From assembly GCA_965220085.1 (NCBI GenBank), contig CBDCOZ010000001.1:128001-192000 (forward strand): 64,000 bases of DNA, written 5' to 3'. Below the pieces are notes generated by a model, which saw only the letters and a list, made by a program, of their open reading frames with translations, did no database searches and was not told the DNA's origin. Source of the stretch: Candidatus Oxydemutatoraceae bacterium. GTDB lineage: Bacteria; Pseudomonadota; Gammaproteobacteria; Poriferisulfidales; Oxydemutatoraceae. Shown in pieces: positions 9,619-20,281 of this stretch. The translations under genes were made by a program, and so were the position numbers. Positions within the stretch are counted from its first letter, which is position 1. Every line of letters begins with the position of its first letter.

Positions 9619-9798
9619 CGCGGCATCGACCGCCCTCAGTTGCCGAGGGTGCGCCCGCCGTCGACTTCGGGAGTCAGTTATAGCGAATTGCGCGACGGCT
9701 TCGGCGATGTGTCCGATCAGATTCAGAAGGCGGACTTCCGCTGGCTGTTAGCGCGGCAAGGAGCGCTCTCAGTTGCCGAGGGTGCGCCCGCCGTCGAC
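9531..9798. repeat. Tandem duplication (135/133 bp x2) of the folK/folM convergent junction
   Basis: TTCGGGAGTCAGTTATAGCG at 9531 and 9666. Confidence 0.92.
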
Positions 9799-10509
9799 TG
9801 TGATCGTTTGTCCGGTGATGTACTGCGCATCTTGTATCAGAAACAGGGCGGTGTTTGCAATGTCCAGCGGGTCGCCGGCGCGTTTTAGGGCGGTGCGCGA
9901 GATGATTGCTTCCCGCTGCCGCGGGTCGTCGTTTTCGGGCCACAGGATCGCTCCCGGCGCGATACCGTTGCAACGCACATCGGGCGCGAGTTCCCGTGCC
10001 AGAGAACGGGTCAGCATGGCCAAACCGGCTTTGCTGGCGCAATAGACCGGATGCCCTTTCAGCGAACGCTCGCCGTGGATGTCCAGCATGTTGATGATGC
10101 ATCCTTTGCGCCGGCGCAGTTCGTCGGCGAGGCGGCGAATCAGGAACAGCGGCGCTTTCAGGTTCACCGAGATGATCTCATCCCACTGCGCTTCGGTTAC
10201 GGTGTCTATCGCGGTCGGGTAGAAGACAGAGGCGTTGTTGATCAGGACATCGATGCGGTCTCGGATGCCGCGCGCTTCGTCGGCGAGGGCCTTGACTTGG
10301 TCGCAGCGGCGCAGGTCGGCTGTGAGCATATGCGCCGAGGCGGGCCGTTGCCGATTGAATGTCTCGATTAATTCTTGCGTCTCCTGTTGCGAGCGGCGGC
10401 AGTGCAGGATGATATGAAAGCCCGCGCAATGCAGTTTTTTGGCAATCTGTGCGCCGATGCGCCGTCCGGCGCCGGTAATCAAAATAACTTTTGCGGTTTT
10501 CTCGTCCAT
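9769..10509 (-). CDS. folM: Pteridine reductase / FolM-like SDR
   Basis: ITGAGRRIG, NNAS, YCASK, VDGG; folate context. Confidence 0.85.
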   Translation of the reverse strand: MDEKTAKVILITGAGRRIGAQIAKKLHCAGFHIILHCRRSQQETQELIETFNRQRPASAHMLTADLRRCDQVKALADEARGIRDRIDVLINNASVFYPTAIDTVTEAQWDEIISVNLKAPLFLIRRLADELRRRKGCIINMLDIHGERSLKGHPVYCASKAGLAMLTRSLARELAPDVRCNGIAPGAILWPENDDPRQREAIISRTALKRAGDPLDIANTALFLIQDAQYITGQTITVDGGRTLGN

Positions 10510-10582
10510 CGTACGGTTTTGTCGTCCCATAGAAAAGTTTCTATTCTATACTGTTAGGGTAATCTCAGAAGCGCATCACCTC

Positions 10583-11362
10583 ATGGATATTCTTCAATCT
10601 GCTTTTTTGGCCTTGGTGCAAGGCATAACCGAATTTTTGCCGATCTCAAGTTCGGCCCATCTCATATTGGCGCCGGAGTTGCTCGGCTGGAGCGGCAGTC
10701 TGACATTTGATGTGGTCGCGCACGGCGGGACGCTGTGCGCGGTTGCGTTGCACTACCGCCGGCCGTTAGCGCTCGCTTTGCGCGCGTCCGATGACATCGC
10801 CTTGGGCGGCATCAGGGGCAAAGACCTGCTGTGGCATATGGTCATCGGGTCGTTGCCGATATTGGCGGCGGGTTTCTTTTTGTACGGCTTCGTCGATCTG
10901 CGCCTGCGCTCGCCGTTGTTGATAGCGGGCACGACGATCTTCTTTGCGCTGCTCTTGTGGCTTGCCGATCGCACGCGCCGCCGTCCCCGCGCGCTCGGCC
11001 CGATGGTGGCCTTGTGGGTGGGCTTGGCTCAGGTTCTCGCGCTGATTCCGGGCGTGTCGCGCGCCGGAATTACGCTGACGGCGGCGCGCTTTCTCGGCGT
11101 GTCCCGCAGCGATGCGGCGAACTTCTCTTTTTTGCTTGCGTTGCCGGTGATCGCGGCGGCAACGGCATATGAAGCATTCGTTTTGTTTGACGGATACGAG
11201 GATGTCGCGCTTGACGCGCTGCTGACCGGCTTTGTCGTTGCGGCGGTATTTGCGCTGATGACGATCCGCCTGTTTCTGCGCTTTGTGGAAACCGTCGGTC
11301 TGTTGCCGTTTGTGATATACCGCGTGATAGTCGGCTGCGTGTTGCTTTTTATATATCTTTGA
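10583..11362 (+). CDS. uppP: Undecaprenyl-diphosphate phosphatase
   Basis: QGITEFLPISSSAH, PGVSRAG motifs. Confidence 0.95.
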   Translation: MDILQSAFLALVQGITEFLPISSSAHLILAPELLGWSGSLTFDVVAHGGTLCAVALHYRRPLALALRASDDIALGGIRGKDLLWHMVIGSLPILAAGFFLYGFVDLRLRSPLLIAGTTIFFALLLWLADRTRRRPRALGPMVALWVGLAQVLALIPGVSRAGITLTAARFLGVSRSDAANFSFLLALPVIAAATAYEAFVLFDGYEDVALDALLTGFVVAAVFALMTIRLFLRFVETVGLLPFVIYRVIVGCVLLFIYL

Positions 11363-12177
11363 GCGCGGCCAGTCGTATCTTGCGCACGCGCTCGCGAATA
11401 TCGCGATGAGGCTTGGCGGTAAGCTCTATATCATGAACATCTTGCGCACGGATACGAGGATGTCGCGCTTGACGCGCTGCTGACCGGCTTTGTCGTTGCG
11501 GCGGTATTTGCGCTGATGACGATCCGCCTGTTTCTGCGCTTTGTGGAAACCGTCGGTCTGTTGCCGTTTGTGGTCTGCCGCGTGATAGTCGGCTGCGTGT
11601 TGCTTTTTATATATCTTTGAGCGCGGCCAGTCGTATCTTGCGCACGCGCTCGCGAATATCGCGATGAGGCTTGGCGGTAAGCTCTATATCATGAACATCT
11701 TGCGCACGGATACGAGGATGTCGCGCTTGACGCGCTGCTGACCGGCTTTGTCGTTGCGGCGGTATTTGCGCTGATGACGATCCGCCTGTTTCTGCGCTTT
11801 GTGGAAACCGTCGGTCTGTTGCCGTTTGTGGTCTGCCGCATGATAGTCGGCTGCGTGTTGCTTTTTATATGCCTTTGAGCGCGGCCAGTCGTATCTTGCG
11901 CACGCGCTCGCGAATATCGCGATGAGGCTTGGCGGTAAGCTCTATATCATGAACATCTTGCGCACGGATACGAGGATGTCGCGCTTGACGCGCTGCTGAC
12001 CGGCTTTGTCGTTGCGGCGGTATTTGCGCTGATGACGATCCGCCTGTTTCTGCGCTTTGTGGAAACCGTCGGTCTGTTGCCGTTTGTGGTCTGCCGCGTG
12101 ATAGTCGGCTGCGTATTGCTTTTTATATGCCTTTGAGCGCGGCCAGTCGTATCTTGCGCACACGCTCGCGAATATCG
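11190..12177. repeat. Tandem array 258 bp x ~3.8 of the uppP/cca convergent junction
   Basis: ACGGATACGAGG at 11190, 11448, 11706, 11964. Confidence 0.95.
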
Positions 12178-13217
12178 TCTTGGTCGTAATCTTTTAATTC
12201 CGTTTTGAAGTCAATTTTCTTTAGTGTAGCAATCGCGCGGCGCAGTCGCTCCGCGCCGACCGGCGTCGTTTGTTCGCACAGCAGGCACGCCGTCAGCAGC
12301 GTGTCAAAAACGGATGTTTTGCGCAAGGCGTCATTCCGCTCGATGACATCCAGCGCCTCCGCTTCCGACATATCGGCCGCTTGCATCAGCCGCCCGCCGT
12401 TGCGAATCGCCAGCGCGGCGAGCCGGTGGTAATCCTGTTTGAGTTTGAGCCTGTGGCACAGCGGCAACAACGAGGCGCCGCTAGCGCGCGCGAGCAGGGC
12501 GAGCGCCGCAAACAATGTCGCGGGGGGGTGATTCGCCGCGCAGTCATCCAGTATGCGCGCACAGGCCGCGGATTTTGTCAGGAACTCCAACTCGGGAAAG
12601 GTCTTCTGCAAAGCGCCCGCTTGGTTGAGCGCGCCGAAGAAAACGGACGGGTTCTCTCCCTCCAACGTTTTCTCCGCCTCCTGCCATACGCGTTCGGCGA
12701 CGAGATGGTCGGCTTCTCCGGCGGCAACCATTTTTTGCATCAGCGCCTGTGTCTGCGCAACGATGACAAAGCCGAGGGCATGAAGTTTTGCGGCAAAGCG
12801 CGCGGCGCGCAGGATTCTGACCGGGTCTTCGGCAAATGCGTCCGACACATGTCGCAACTTGCGATTTTTGAGATCGTCAAGCCCGCCCCACGGGTCGATG
12901 AGTCGTTCGTTGGCATCAAACGCCATGGCATTGACAGTCAGGTCGCGTCTTTTCAGATCTTCGGCAAGGCTGACTTCGGGCGATGCGTCAAACTCAAAAC
13001 CGTGATAGCCCGGCGCGGTTTTGCGTTCGGTCCTGGCGAGGGCATATTCCTCGCCGCTGTCGGGATGGATGAATACCGGGAAATGCCGTCCGACCGGTTT
13101 GAAGCCTTTGGCGACCATGTCGGCGGCCGTCGTTCCGACGACGACCCAGTCTTTTTCGTCGCTGGGCATGCCAAGAAGTGTATCGCGAACCGCGCCGCCG
13201 ACAAGGTAGATTTGCAT
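12123..13217 (-). CDS. cca: tRNA nucleotidyltransferase (CCA-adding enzyme)
   Basis: YLVGGAVRD, EYALARTERK, RRDLTVNA, EDPVRILR. Confidence 0.93.
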   Translation of the reverse strand: MQIYLVGGAVRDTLLGMPSDEKDWVVVGTTAADMVAKGFKPVGRHFPVFIHPDSGEEYALARTERKTAPGYHGFEFDASPEVSLAEDLKRRDLTVNAMAFDANERLIDPWGGLDDLKNRKLRHVSDAFAEDPVRILRAARFAAKLHALGFVIVAQTQALMQKMVAAGEADHLVAERVWQEAEKTLEGENPSVFFGALNQAGALQKTFPELEFLTKSAACARILDDCAANHPPATLFAALALLARASGASLLPLCHRLKLKQDYHRLAALAIRNGGRLMQAADMSEAEALDVIERNDALRKTSVFDTLLTACLLCEQTTPVGAERLRRAIATLKKIDFKTELKDYDQDDIRERVRKIRLAALKGI

Positions 13218-13326
13218 ATTGTTATTCCGATGATATGTTCGTCTATTATAGACTTGTTATCGCGGCGGGTCTGTTCTTTTTTCCGTCTCCGCTCTCCGTT
13301 GAAGCGGATATTGTTATGATATTGCA

Positions 13327-14214
13327 GTGATGACTCCGTCTATAAAGATAATCAGAGCAGGTCTCGGCGGCTTTGCCTTGTCCGTGTTTCTGCTCGCGCC
13401 GGCTGCGGCTTCCGACAAGGTCTTTGCCGAGGATCTGTATCGGCAAGCGCTGGAACGGTTTCGGGCAAACGATTTCAAAAAGGCGCACAGACTGTTGCAG
13501 GCGCTCGATGAAAAATATCCGGATCATCCCGTCGTTCTCAATAATCTCGGCGTGGTGTCGGGCAAACTCGGCAAGTTGCAACTGGCCGAAGATCTGTTTG
13601 AACGCGTGATAGCGCTCAACCGCGCGACAGCGGCGAGTTACCACAACCTGCAAAAGATATACGACCGTCGCGCCGCCGAAACCTATCGCCGGGCCTTGGT
13701 GCTGGATGCGGAGCCGCTGCCCGCGCCCGACTTCAGATTTATCACGCCTGCCGCGCCGCCGGCAGCGGTTGCGGAGGCTTCCGCCGCCGAGCGGGTGCTG
13801 GCCGATGAACGGGTGGCGAAGCCGATGGTTGAGGAGCCGCAACGCGCGGATGGCTTGGTTGCGGAGGAGGAAGAGCAGGAGGTTCTTCGCTTTGTTACGA
13901 GTTGGGCGCGGGCGTGGTCGGCGCGCGATACCGATGCCTATTTTTCGCACTATGCGGATGATTATCGCCCGCGCGCCAGCGTCACGAACGCCAAGTGGAA
14001 AAAGAGCCGGACGAAGCGGCTGCGCGCGCCCGAATTTATTGCGGTCAACGTGTCCGCAGTGCGTGTGACGGAGAACGAGGACGGGCGCGATGTGACCTTC
14101 GTCCAGAGTTATGAGTCAAACCTTTTGCGCAGCGTAGTGACCAAGAGGCTGTTGCTGAAAAGAACCGCCGACGGGTGGAAGATTGCCAGAGAAAGGGTCG
14201 CGGAGAGGCAGTGA
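13327..14214 (+). CDS. Exported TPR protein with C-terminal NTF2-like domain
   Basis: Signal peptide, LNNLGVV TPR, WARAWSARD..AYFSHY, GWKIARE. Confidence 0.75.
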   Translation: MMTPSIKIIRAGLGGFALSVFLLAPAAASDKVFAEDLYRQALERFRANDFKKAHRLLQALDEKYPDHPVVLNNLGVVSGKLGKLQLAEDLFERVIALNRATAASYHNLQKIYDRRAAETYRRALVLDAEPLPAPDFRFITPAAPPAAVAEASAAERVLADERVAKPMVEEPQRADGLVAEEEEQEVLRFVTSWARAWSARDTDAYFSHYADDYRPRASVTNAKWKKSRTKRLRAPEFIAVNVSAVRVTENEDGRDVTFVQSYESNLLRSVVTKRLLLKRTADGWKIARERVAERQ

Positions 14215-14225
14215 GGGGCTTGAGT

Positions 14226-15422
14226 ATGCGTACGCTTAAATCGTGTGTGCTGCTGTGTGTCGGCGGCTTTGCCTGTGGCTTTGCCGGCGGGCTTGCCAGC
14301 GCACAGCCCGCCGCAGACGCGTTGCGCGAACCGCTTGAGACCGAACTCGGCGAAGCGCTGTCGCTGCTCGTGTCGGGGGATTCCGCCGCCGCGGGCGCAG
14401 CGCTGGAGGCGATCATCCGGGAGTATCCCGAGTTTCGTCCGGCGCAGATGATTCAAGGCGACCTCTATGCCGCTCGCAGCGGCGGCAAACCCTTGCTGCC
14501 GTCGGCGGCCGGACAGCGCAAAGTGCGCATCGCCGACATGATGAAAGAGCTCAAAGCGCGTTACGACTATCGTCCCGATTACGCCGACAAGATGCCGGAT
14601 GCCATTTTGCGCTTGTCGTCCGTGCATCCTTACGCGCTGCTGTTTGATGCCGATGATTCGCGCCTTTACTTGTTGCGCAATCACAAGGACGGCCCGCAGT
14701 TGGTCGCGGATTATTATGCGTCGTATGGCAGGAACGGCATGGATAAGCGCGATGAGGGCGACAGCCGCACGCCGACCGGCGTATACCGGGTGGGGCATAT
14801 CTATGCCGATGATGAGTTGCCGGAACTCTACGGCAACGGCGCGTACGCGCTCAATTACCCGAACCGCTGGGACCGGTTGCAAGGGCATGACGGCGGCGGC
14901 ATTTGGTTGCACGGGGTGCCGCGCATAACCCATAGCCGTCCGCCGCAAGCCAGCCGCGGTTGCATCGTCATCAGCAACGATGCGATCGATTGGCTGCGCG
15001 AACTTGGCGGCGCGGAATCGGCGCCGGTGGTGCTCGCCGCGCGGGTCAAGTGGTTGCGCAGAAAAGAATGGCTCAGCCGGCGCAAGGCCTTGATCGGCGC
15101 CCTGCGCGCTTGGCAGCAGGACTGGCAGAGTTTGGATGTTGAGAAATATTTGTCCCATTATTCCGCCGCCTATCGCGATGAGAAGTTTGATTATCAGGCG
15201 ATGCTTGCGAGCGCGCGGCGCAACGCAAAAGCAAAGACTTCGATCAACGTGGAGATTAAGAATCTGGACTTGATGTTGTATTCGGGGCAGCCGAACCCGG
15301 TGTTTGTCGCCAGGTTTGATCAGGATTATAAGAGCAATAATTATTCGGTCGCGTATCGCAAGCAGCAGATGTGGCGCCTGCAAGACGGAGAGTGGAAGAT
15401 AATCTTTGAGGGGCGCGCCTAG
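14226..15422 (+). CDS. L,D-transpeptidase/carboxypeptidase (YkuD) with NTF2-like C-terminus
   Basis: EGDSRTPTGVY, LNYPN, GIWLHG, SRGC. Confidence 0.88.
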   Translation: MRTLKSCVLLCVGGFACGFAGGLASAQPAADALREPLETELGEALSLLVSGDSAAAGAALEAIIREYPEFRPAQMIQGDLYAARSGGKPLLPSAAGQRKVRIADMMKELKARYDYRPDYADKMPDAILRLSSVHPYALLFDADDSRLYLLRNHKDGPQLVADYYASYGRNGMDKRDEGDSRTPTGVYRVGHIYADDELPELYGNGAYALNYPNRWDRLQGHDGGGIWLHGVPRITHSRPPQASRGCIVISNDAIDWLRELGGAESAPVVLAARVKWLRRKEWLSRRKALIGALRAWQQDWQSLDVEKYLSHYSAAYRDEKFDYQAMLASARRNAKAKTSINVEIKNLDLMLYSGQPNPVFVARFDQDYKSNNYSVAYRKQQMWRLQDGEWKIIFEGRA

Positions 15423-15960
15423 CCTCGCAGTCAGGGCGATCGTTGCGGGATGTTGAGGCGCAACCAGCGCGCCAGATCGACCCACATATCGCGCAGGTCT
15501 CGGTCCGCGGGCATGTAGCGCGATGATGCGAGTTCGATCGTCAGCGTCGGTATCCGCAAATCCTCGCCGGCGTAGCGCCCGAGAGCCGGGGAAAGTCGGC
15601 AGGTCTCTGAACGGCAACGGGCCGAGGCGTGACGGCGGTTTGATCGCGGCGGGGCCGTCGTAATCCACGAGGCCGTAAGGCGAGGGGGGCGCCTAGCCTC
15701 GCAGTCAGGGCGATCGTTGCGGGATGTTGAGGCGCAACCAGCGCACCAGATCGACCCACATATCGCGCAGGTCTCGGTCCGCGGGCATGTAGCGCGATGA
15801 TGCGAGTTCGATCGTCAGCGTCGGTATCCGCAAATCCTCGCCGGCGTAGCGCCCGAGAGAGCCGGGGAAAGTCGGCAGGTCTCTGAACGGCAACGGGCCG
15901 AGGCGTGACGGCGGTTTGATCGCGGCGGGGCCGTCGTAATCCACGAGGCCGTAAGGCGAG
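15408..15960. repeat. Tandem duplication (~275 bp x2) of the LDT/mpaA convergent junction
   Basis: GCCTAGCCTCGCAGTCAGGGCG occurs twice, 274 bp apart; first copy lacks 2 nt. Confidence 0.92.
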
Positions 15961-16586
15961 TGCAAACTGACGATGACATCGGGCTTGAACGCATCGATGT
16001 GCTCGGAAAGCCAGCGGCTTTCGCTTTCGCTCAAAGCCTGTTTGCCCGGGTTGCGGCGCGCGTCTCCTCCGGCGCGGCTTTGCCAGTAAGCGTTGGCCGT
16101 GCTGTCCCAGTCTTTGCTGGCCATGTTTCGGTTGAGGTCCACTCGGTTGTCATTGGTTCGTGTCGCGGGCCGCTTGAGCAATCCGTCGATATTGACAGAG
16201 GGGGCGATATGCCAATGGAACAGACCGGAGTGGTGGCGGTCGAGAATTTTCATCCACTTGATCATGACGCTGAACGAAGCGTATTCATCTCCGTGTATGC
16301 CGCCGATCAACAGCACCCTCGCATGGGGCGGCTTGTCGCCCAAGGGCGGATATTCTTTGTAGACCAGCGCGCGCCCTTGGGCGGTGCGCGCGCCGGTATC
16401 CGCCAGATTGAGGTCCAAGCATTCGCGGACGCCGACCGAACTCAGTTTATTGCCCAATAACTCGCATATCTCGGCGACGCCCGAAGTTTGCGGGTTTTGG
16501 GCCAATACCGATGTTGCGGAAAATACCAATAGTGGCAAAAATCGGCAAAGTATTGTAGACTCGGCTTTGGTATATCTTTCAAGCAT
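15705..16586 (-). CDS. mpaA: M14 zinc carboxypeptidase, murein peptide amidase A-like
   Basis: GGIHGDE, VDLNRN, SLH, PGSLG, TIEL. Confidence 0.75.
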   Translation of the reverse strand: MLERYTKAESTILCRFLPLLVFSATSVLAQNPQTSGVAEICELLGNKLSSVGVRECLDLNLADTGARTAQGRALVYKEYPPLGDKPPHARVLLIGGIHGDEYASFSVMIKWMKILDRHHSGLFHWHIAPSVNIDGLLKRPATRTNDNRVDLNRNMASKDWDSTANAYWQSRAGGDARRNPGKQALSESESRWLSEHIDAFKPDVIVSLHSPYGLVDYDGPAAIKPPSRLGPLPFRDLPTFPGSLGRYAGEDLRIPTLTIELASSRYMPADRDLRDMWVDLVRWLRLNIPQRSP

Positions 16587-16635
16587 TGCTAGAATAGCTT
16601 ACCACTCATATTCATCCCATATCGGAGTTTAACAA

Positions 16636-16962
16636 TTGAACGAACATATTATCAAAGGAAGCGAAGATAATTTCCAGAAAGAAGTTATTGAATCGGACCT
16701 CCCGGTGCTGGTAGACTTTTGGGCCGACTGGTGCGGGCCGTGCAAGATGATTGCCCCCATACTGGATAATTTCTCGGAGAAGTACAAAGACCGTCTCAAG
16801 ATCGTGAAGGTCAATGTGGACGAGAATAAGGAACTGCCGGCGAAATACGGTGTGCGAGGCATTCCGACCCTGATTATTTTCAATAATGGCAGCGTCAAGG
16901 ATCAGAGCGTAGGGGCCTTGTCCCCCGCTCAACTTGCGGCATTTATAGACAAATCACTGTAG
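16636..16962 (+). CDS. trxA: Thioredoxin
   Basis: WCGPC; trxA-rho synteny; TTG start. Confidence 0.96.
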   Translation: MNEHIIKGSEDNFQKEVIESDLPVLVDFWADWCGPCKMIAPILDNFSEKYKDRLKIVKVNVDENKELPAKYGVRGIPTLIIFNNGSVKDQSVGALSPAQLAAFIDKSL

Positions 16963-17144
16963 TCGTTTAAGCCCGATTGACACATGAGCGGATATTTGTG
17001 GTAGGATAGTCCCCGTCGCCGGACATTTTGCATAAAAAGCCCGGCGGAATCCCGAAGCCACGTTTCGTAATTCCCTTAGTACCCAATTTTTTTATTACCT
17101 TTATTACCTTGTTGAATCAATTTGACTGAAAGAAGAACAATCTT

Positions 17145-18398
17145 ATGGATCTCGCACAACTGAAAAAACAACCGACCGAAGAGCTGTTAAAAACAGCCGA
17201 GTCTTTGGGCATAGAAAATATTGCCCGCGCCCGTCGCCAAGACATCATCTTTTCCATCCTCAAGGCGAAAGCCCGCAACCGCGAGGACATCATGAGCGAA
17301 GGCGTTCTTGAAATCCTGCAAGACGGGTTCGGGTTTCTGCGTTCGCCCGACGGCTCTTATCTTGCCGGCCCGGACGATGTGTATGTCTCGCCAAGCCAGA
17401 TAAGACGTTTTGATCTGCGCACCGGCGATACCGTTTCCGGCAAGATTCGCCCGCCGAAAGACGGCGAGCGGTATTTTGCCCTGCTCAAGATAAGCACCAT
17501 CAACTTTGAAGCGCCGGAGCAGGCGCGCAACAAGGTGCTGTTTGAGAATCTGACGCCTTTGCATGCCGATGAGCGGTTGCGGATGGAGCGCGGCGACGGC
17601 AGTTCCGAAGACATTACCGCCAGAGTCATAGATATCTGCGCGCCGATCGGCATGGGGCAAAGGGGTTTGATCGTCTCGCCGCCGAAGGCGGGCAAGACCC
17701 TGATGTTGCAAAACATCGCCCAGAGTATCGCGCTGAATTCGGAGTGCTATCTGATCGTGTTGCTGATCGATGAGCGTCCGGAGGAAGTGACCGAGATGCA
17801 ACGTTCTGTCAGGGGGGAAGTGCTCTCCAGCACGTTTGACGAACCCGCTTCTCGCCATGTGCAGGTTGCGAATATGGCGATAGAAAAAGCCAAGCGTCTG
17901 GTCGAGCACAAGAAAAATGTCATCATCTTGTTGGATTCCATCACCCGTTTGGCGCGCGCCTACAATACGGTGGTGCCGTCTTCGGGCAAAGTGCTGACCG
18001 GCGGCGTTGACGCCAATGCCCTGCATCGTCCCAAACGATTCTTTGGCGCCGCGCGCAACATAGAAGAGGGCGGCAGCCTGACGATTATTGCCACGGCGCT
18101 GATCGATACCGGTTCCAAGATGGACGAGGTCATCTACGAGGAATTCAAGGGCACCGGCAATATGGAGATTCACCTCGACCGCCACCTTGCCGAGCGCAGA
18201 ATCTATCCGGCGATCAACCTGAAGCGTTCCGGCACTCGGCGCGAAGAGTTGCTGATGGGCGAGGAGGAGTTGCAGAAGGTGTGGGTGTTGCGCAAGTTTA
18301 TCGACCCGATGGACGCCGCCGAAGCCACCTCGTTTTTGGTGCCGAGGTTGCAGAATACGAAGACCAACGGCGAATTCTTTGATGCGATGAAGAACTGA
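17145..18398 (+). CDS. rho: Transcription termination factor Rho
   Basis: [32 protein letters not shown]. Confidence 0.98.
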   Translation: MDLAQLKKQPTEELLKTAESLGIENIARARRQDIIFSILKAKARNREDIMSEGVLEILQDGFGFLRSPDGSYLAGPDDVYVSPSQIRRFDLRTGDTVSGKIRPPKDGERYFALLKISTINFEAPEQARNKVLFENLTPLHADERLRMERGDGSSEDITARVIDICAPIGMGQRGLIVSPPKAGKTLMLQNIAQSIALNSECYLIVLLIDERPEEVTEMQRSVRGEVLSSTFDEPASRHVQVANMAIEKAKRLVEHKKNVIILLDSITRLARAYNTVVPSSGKVLTGGVDANALHRPKRFFGAARNIEEGGSLTIIATALIDTGSKMDEVIYEEFKGTGNMEIHLDRHLAERRIYPAINLKRSGTRREELLMGEEELQKVWVLRKFIDPMDAAEATSFLVPRLQNTKTNGEFFDAMKN

Positions 18399-19168
18399 GC
18401 GTTCTCCCCGCCCGCTCAGTCGCGGGCGCGGCGCAACGCGCGCCACCCGATGTCCTTGCGATAAAAGACTCCGTCCCAGGAGATGCGGCGGCAGGTTTCG
18501 TACGCCCGTTGCCGCGCTTGCGCGATATCCTCGCCGAGCGATGTCACGCACAACACCCGCCCGCCGGCGGTCACCGCCCGGTTTTGTCTGATTCCGATGG
18601 ACGCCGCCGAAGCCGCCGCGTTTTTGGCGCCGAGGTTGCAGAATACGAAGACCAACGGCGAATTCTTTGATGCGATGAAGAACTGAGCGTTCTCCCCGCC
18701 CGCTCAGTCGCGGGCGCGGCGCAACGCGCGCCACCCGATGTCCTTGCGATAAAAGACTCCGTCCCAGGAGATGCGGCGGCAGGTTTCGTACGCCCGTTGC
18801 CGCGCTTGCGCGATATCCTCGCCGAGCGATGTCACGCACAACACCCGCCCGCCGGCGGTCACCGCCCGGTTTTGTCTGATTCCGATGGATGCCGCCGAAG
18901 CCGCCGCGTTTTTGGCGCCGAGGTTGCAGGATACGAAGACCAACGGCGAATTCTTTGATGCGATGAAGAACTGAGCGTTCTCCCCGCCCGCTCAGTCGCG
19001 GGCGCGGCGCAACGCGCGCCACCCGATGTCCTTGCGATAAAAGACTCCGTCCCAGGAGATGCGGCGGCAGGTTTCGTACGCCCGTTGCCGCGCTTGCGCG
19101 ATATCCTCGCCGAGCGATGTCACGCACAACACCCGCCCGCCGGCGGTCACCGCCCGGTTTTGTTTGAT
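18306..19168. repeat. Tandem array 288 bp x3 of the rho/purD convergent junction
   Basis: CCGATGGA at 18306, 18594, 18882. Confidence 0.95.
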
Positions 19169-20281
19169 CTGCGTGCCGGCGTGGAAGACTTTTGTGTGTT
19201 CGTCGGTTGCCTCATCCAAGCCGCTGATGTCCCGGCCTTTGCGATAAGCGCCGGGGTAGCCGTCGGCAGCGAGGACGACACCGAGAGCCGGCTGCGGCGC
19301 CCATTCAATGTCTGCCGCATCCAGCGCGCCTCCTATCGCGCGCAGGCACAACTCAAGCAAATCGGAGCGCATGCGCATTAAAAGCGGTTGGGTTTCGGGG
19401 TCGCCCAGGCGGCAATTAAACTCCAGTACCGAAGGCTCGCCCCGGTCATCTATCATCAGGCCGGCATAGAGAAAACCGACGAAAGGCCGGCCCTCCTTTG
19501 CCATGCCTTCAAGCGCCGGTCGCATGATGCGCTCCATCACCCGCGCGCGCACCGCATCATCGATCACAGGCGCCGGCGAATAAGCGCCCATGCCGCCGGT
19601 GTTCGGCCCGGTATCGCCGTCGTCTCTGGCTTTGTGGTCTTGCGAACTGGCCAAAGCGAGCAGGCGTTTGCCGTCGGCAAGACCGATGAAGCTCGCTTCT
19701 TCGCCTTGCAGGAAGTCCTCAATGACGATCTGTCGCCCGGCTTCGCCGAAACGCTTTTGATTCAGCATCATGTCGACGGCGCTGCGCGCCTCCGCCAGCG
19801 TGCGGGCGATGATGACTCCTTTGCCGGCGGCAATCCCGTCGGCTTTGATCACCGTCGGCAGAGATACTTTTGTCAGGTAGTCGCGCGCCGCCCGATAGTC
19901 GTCAAAGCAACGGTAGTCGGCGCTCGGTATGCCGTAGCGGCGCATGAAACTCTTGCAAAACGATTTTGAAGTTTCCAGTTGCGCGGCGGCTTTCGTCGGC
20001 CCGAATATCGGCAGGCCGGCGCGCTTGAATCTATCGACGATGCCGGCGGCAAGCGGGGCTTCGGGGCCTACGATGGTCAGGCGCGCATCGTTTTGTTCGG
20101 CAAATTCAACCAGCGCATCGGTCGCATCGGCGCCGATATCCACATTGACGACCTTGTCGCCCTCACGGGCGGTGCCGGCGTTGCCCGGCGCGACAAACAC
20201 GGTCTTTGCCCGCGCACTTTGCGCGCATTTCCACGCGAGCGCGTGTTCTCTTCCGCCGCCGCCGATGATGAGAACGTTCAT
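18992..20281 (-). CDS. purD: Phosphoribosylamine-glycine ligase
   Basis: GGGGREHALAW, QDHK, GPNTGGMGAYSP, EFNCRLGDPETQ. Confidence 0.97.
   Translation of the reverse strand: MNVLIIGGGGREHALAWKCAQSARAKTVFVAPGNAGTAREGDKVVNVDIGADATDALVEFAEQNDARLTIVGPEAPLAAGIVDRFKRAGLPIFGPTKAAAQLETSKSFCKSFMRRYGIPSADYRCFDDYRAARDYLTKVSLPTVIKADGIAAGKGVIIARTLAEARSAVDMMLNQKRFGEAGRQIVIEDFLQGEEASFIGLADGKRLLALASSQDHKARDDGDTGPNTGGMGAYSPAPVIDDAVRARVMERIMRPALEGMAKEGRPFVGFLYAGLMIDDRGEPSVLEFNCRLGDPETQPLLMRMRSDLLELCLRAIGGALDAADIEWAPQPALGVVLAADGYPGAYRKGRDISGLDEATDEHTKVFHAGTQIKQNRAVTAGGRVLCVTSLGEDIAQARQRAYETCRRISWDGVFYRKDIGWRALRRARD

Noticed and set aside
14109-15668. 519-aa minus-strand ORF starting with an MpaA-like segment
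   Set aside because: Frameshifted duplicate of the mpaA end running antisense to the LDT gene
17187-19127. 646-aa minus-strand ORF with repeats
   Set aside because: Antisense shadow of rho extended through the 288-bp (multiple of 3) array
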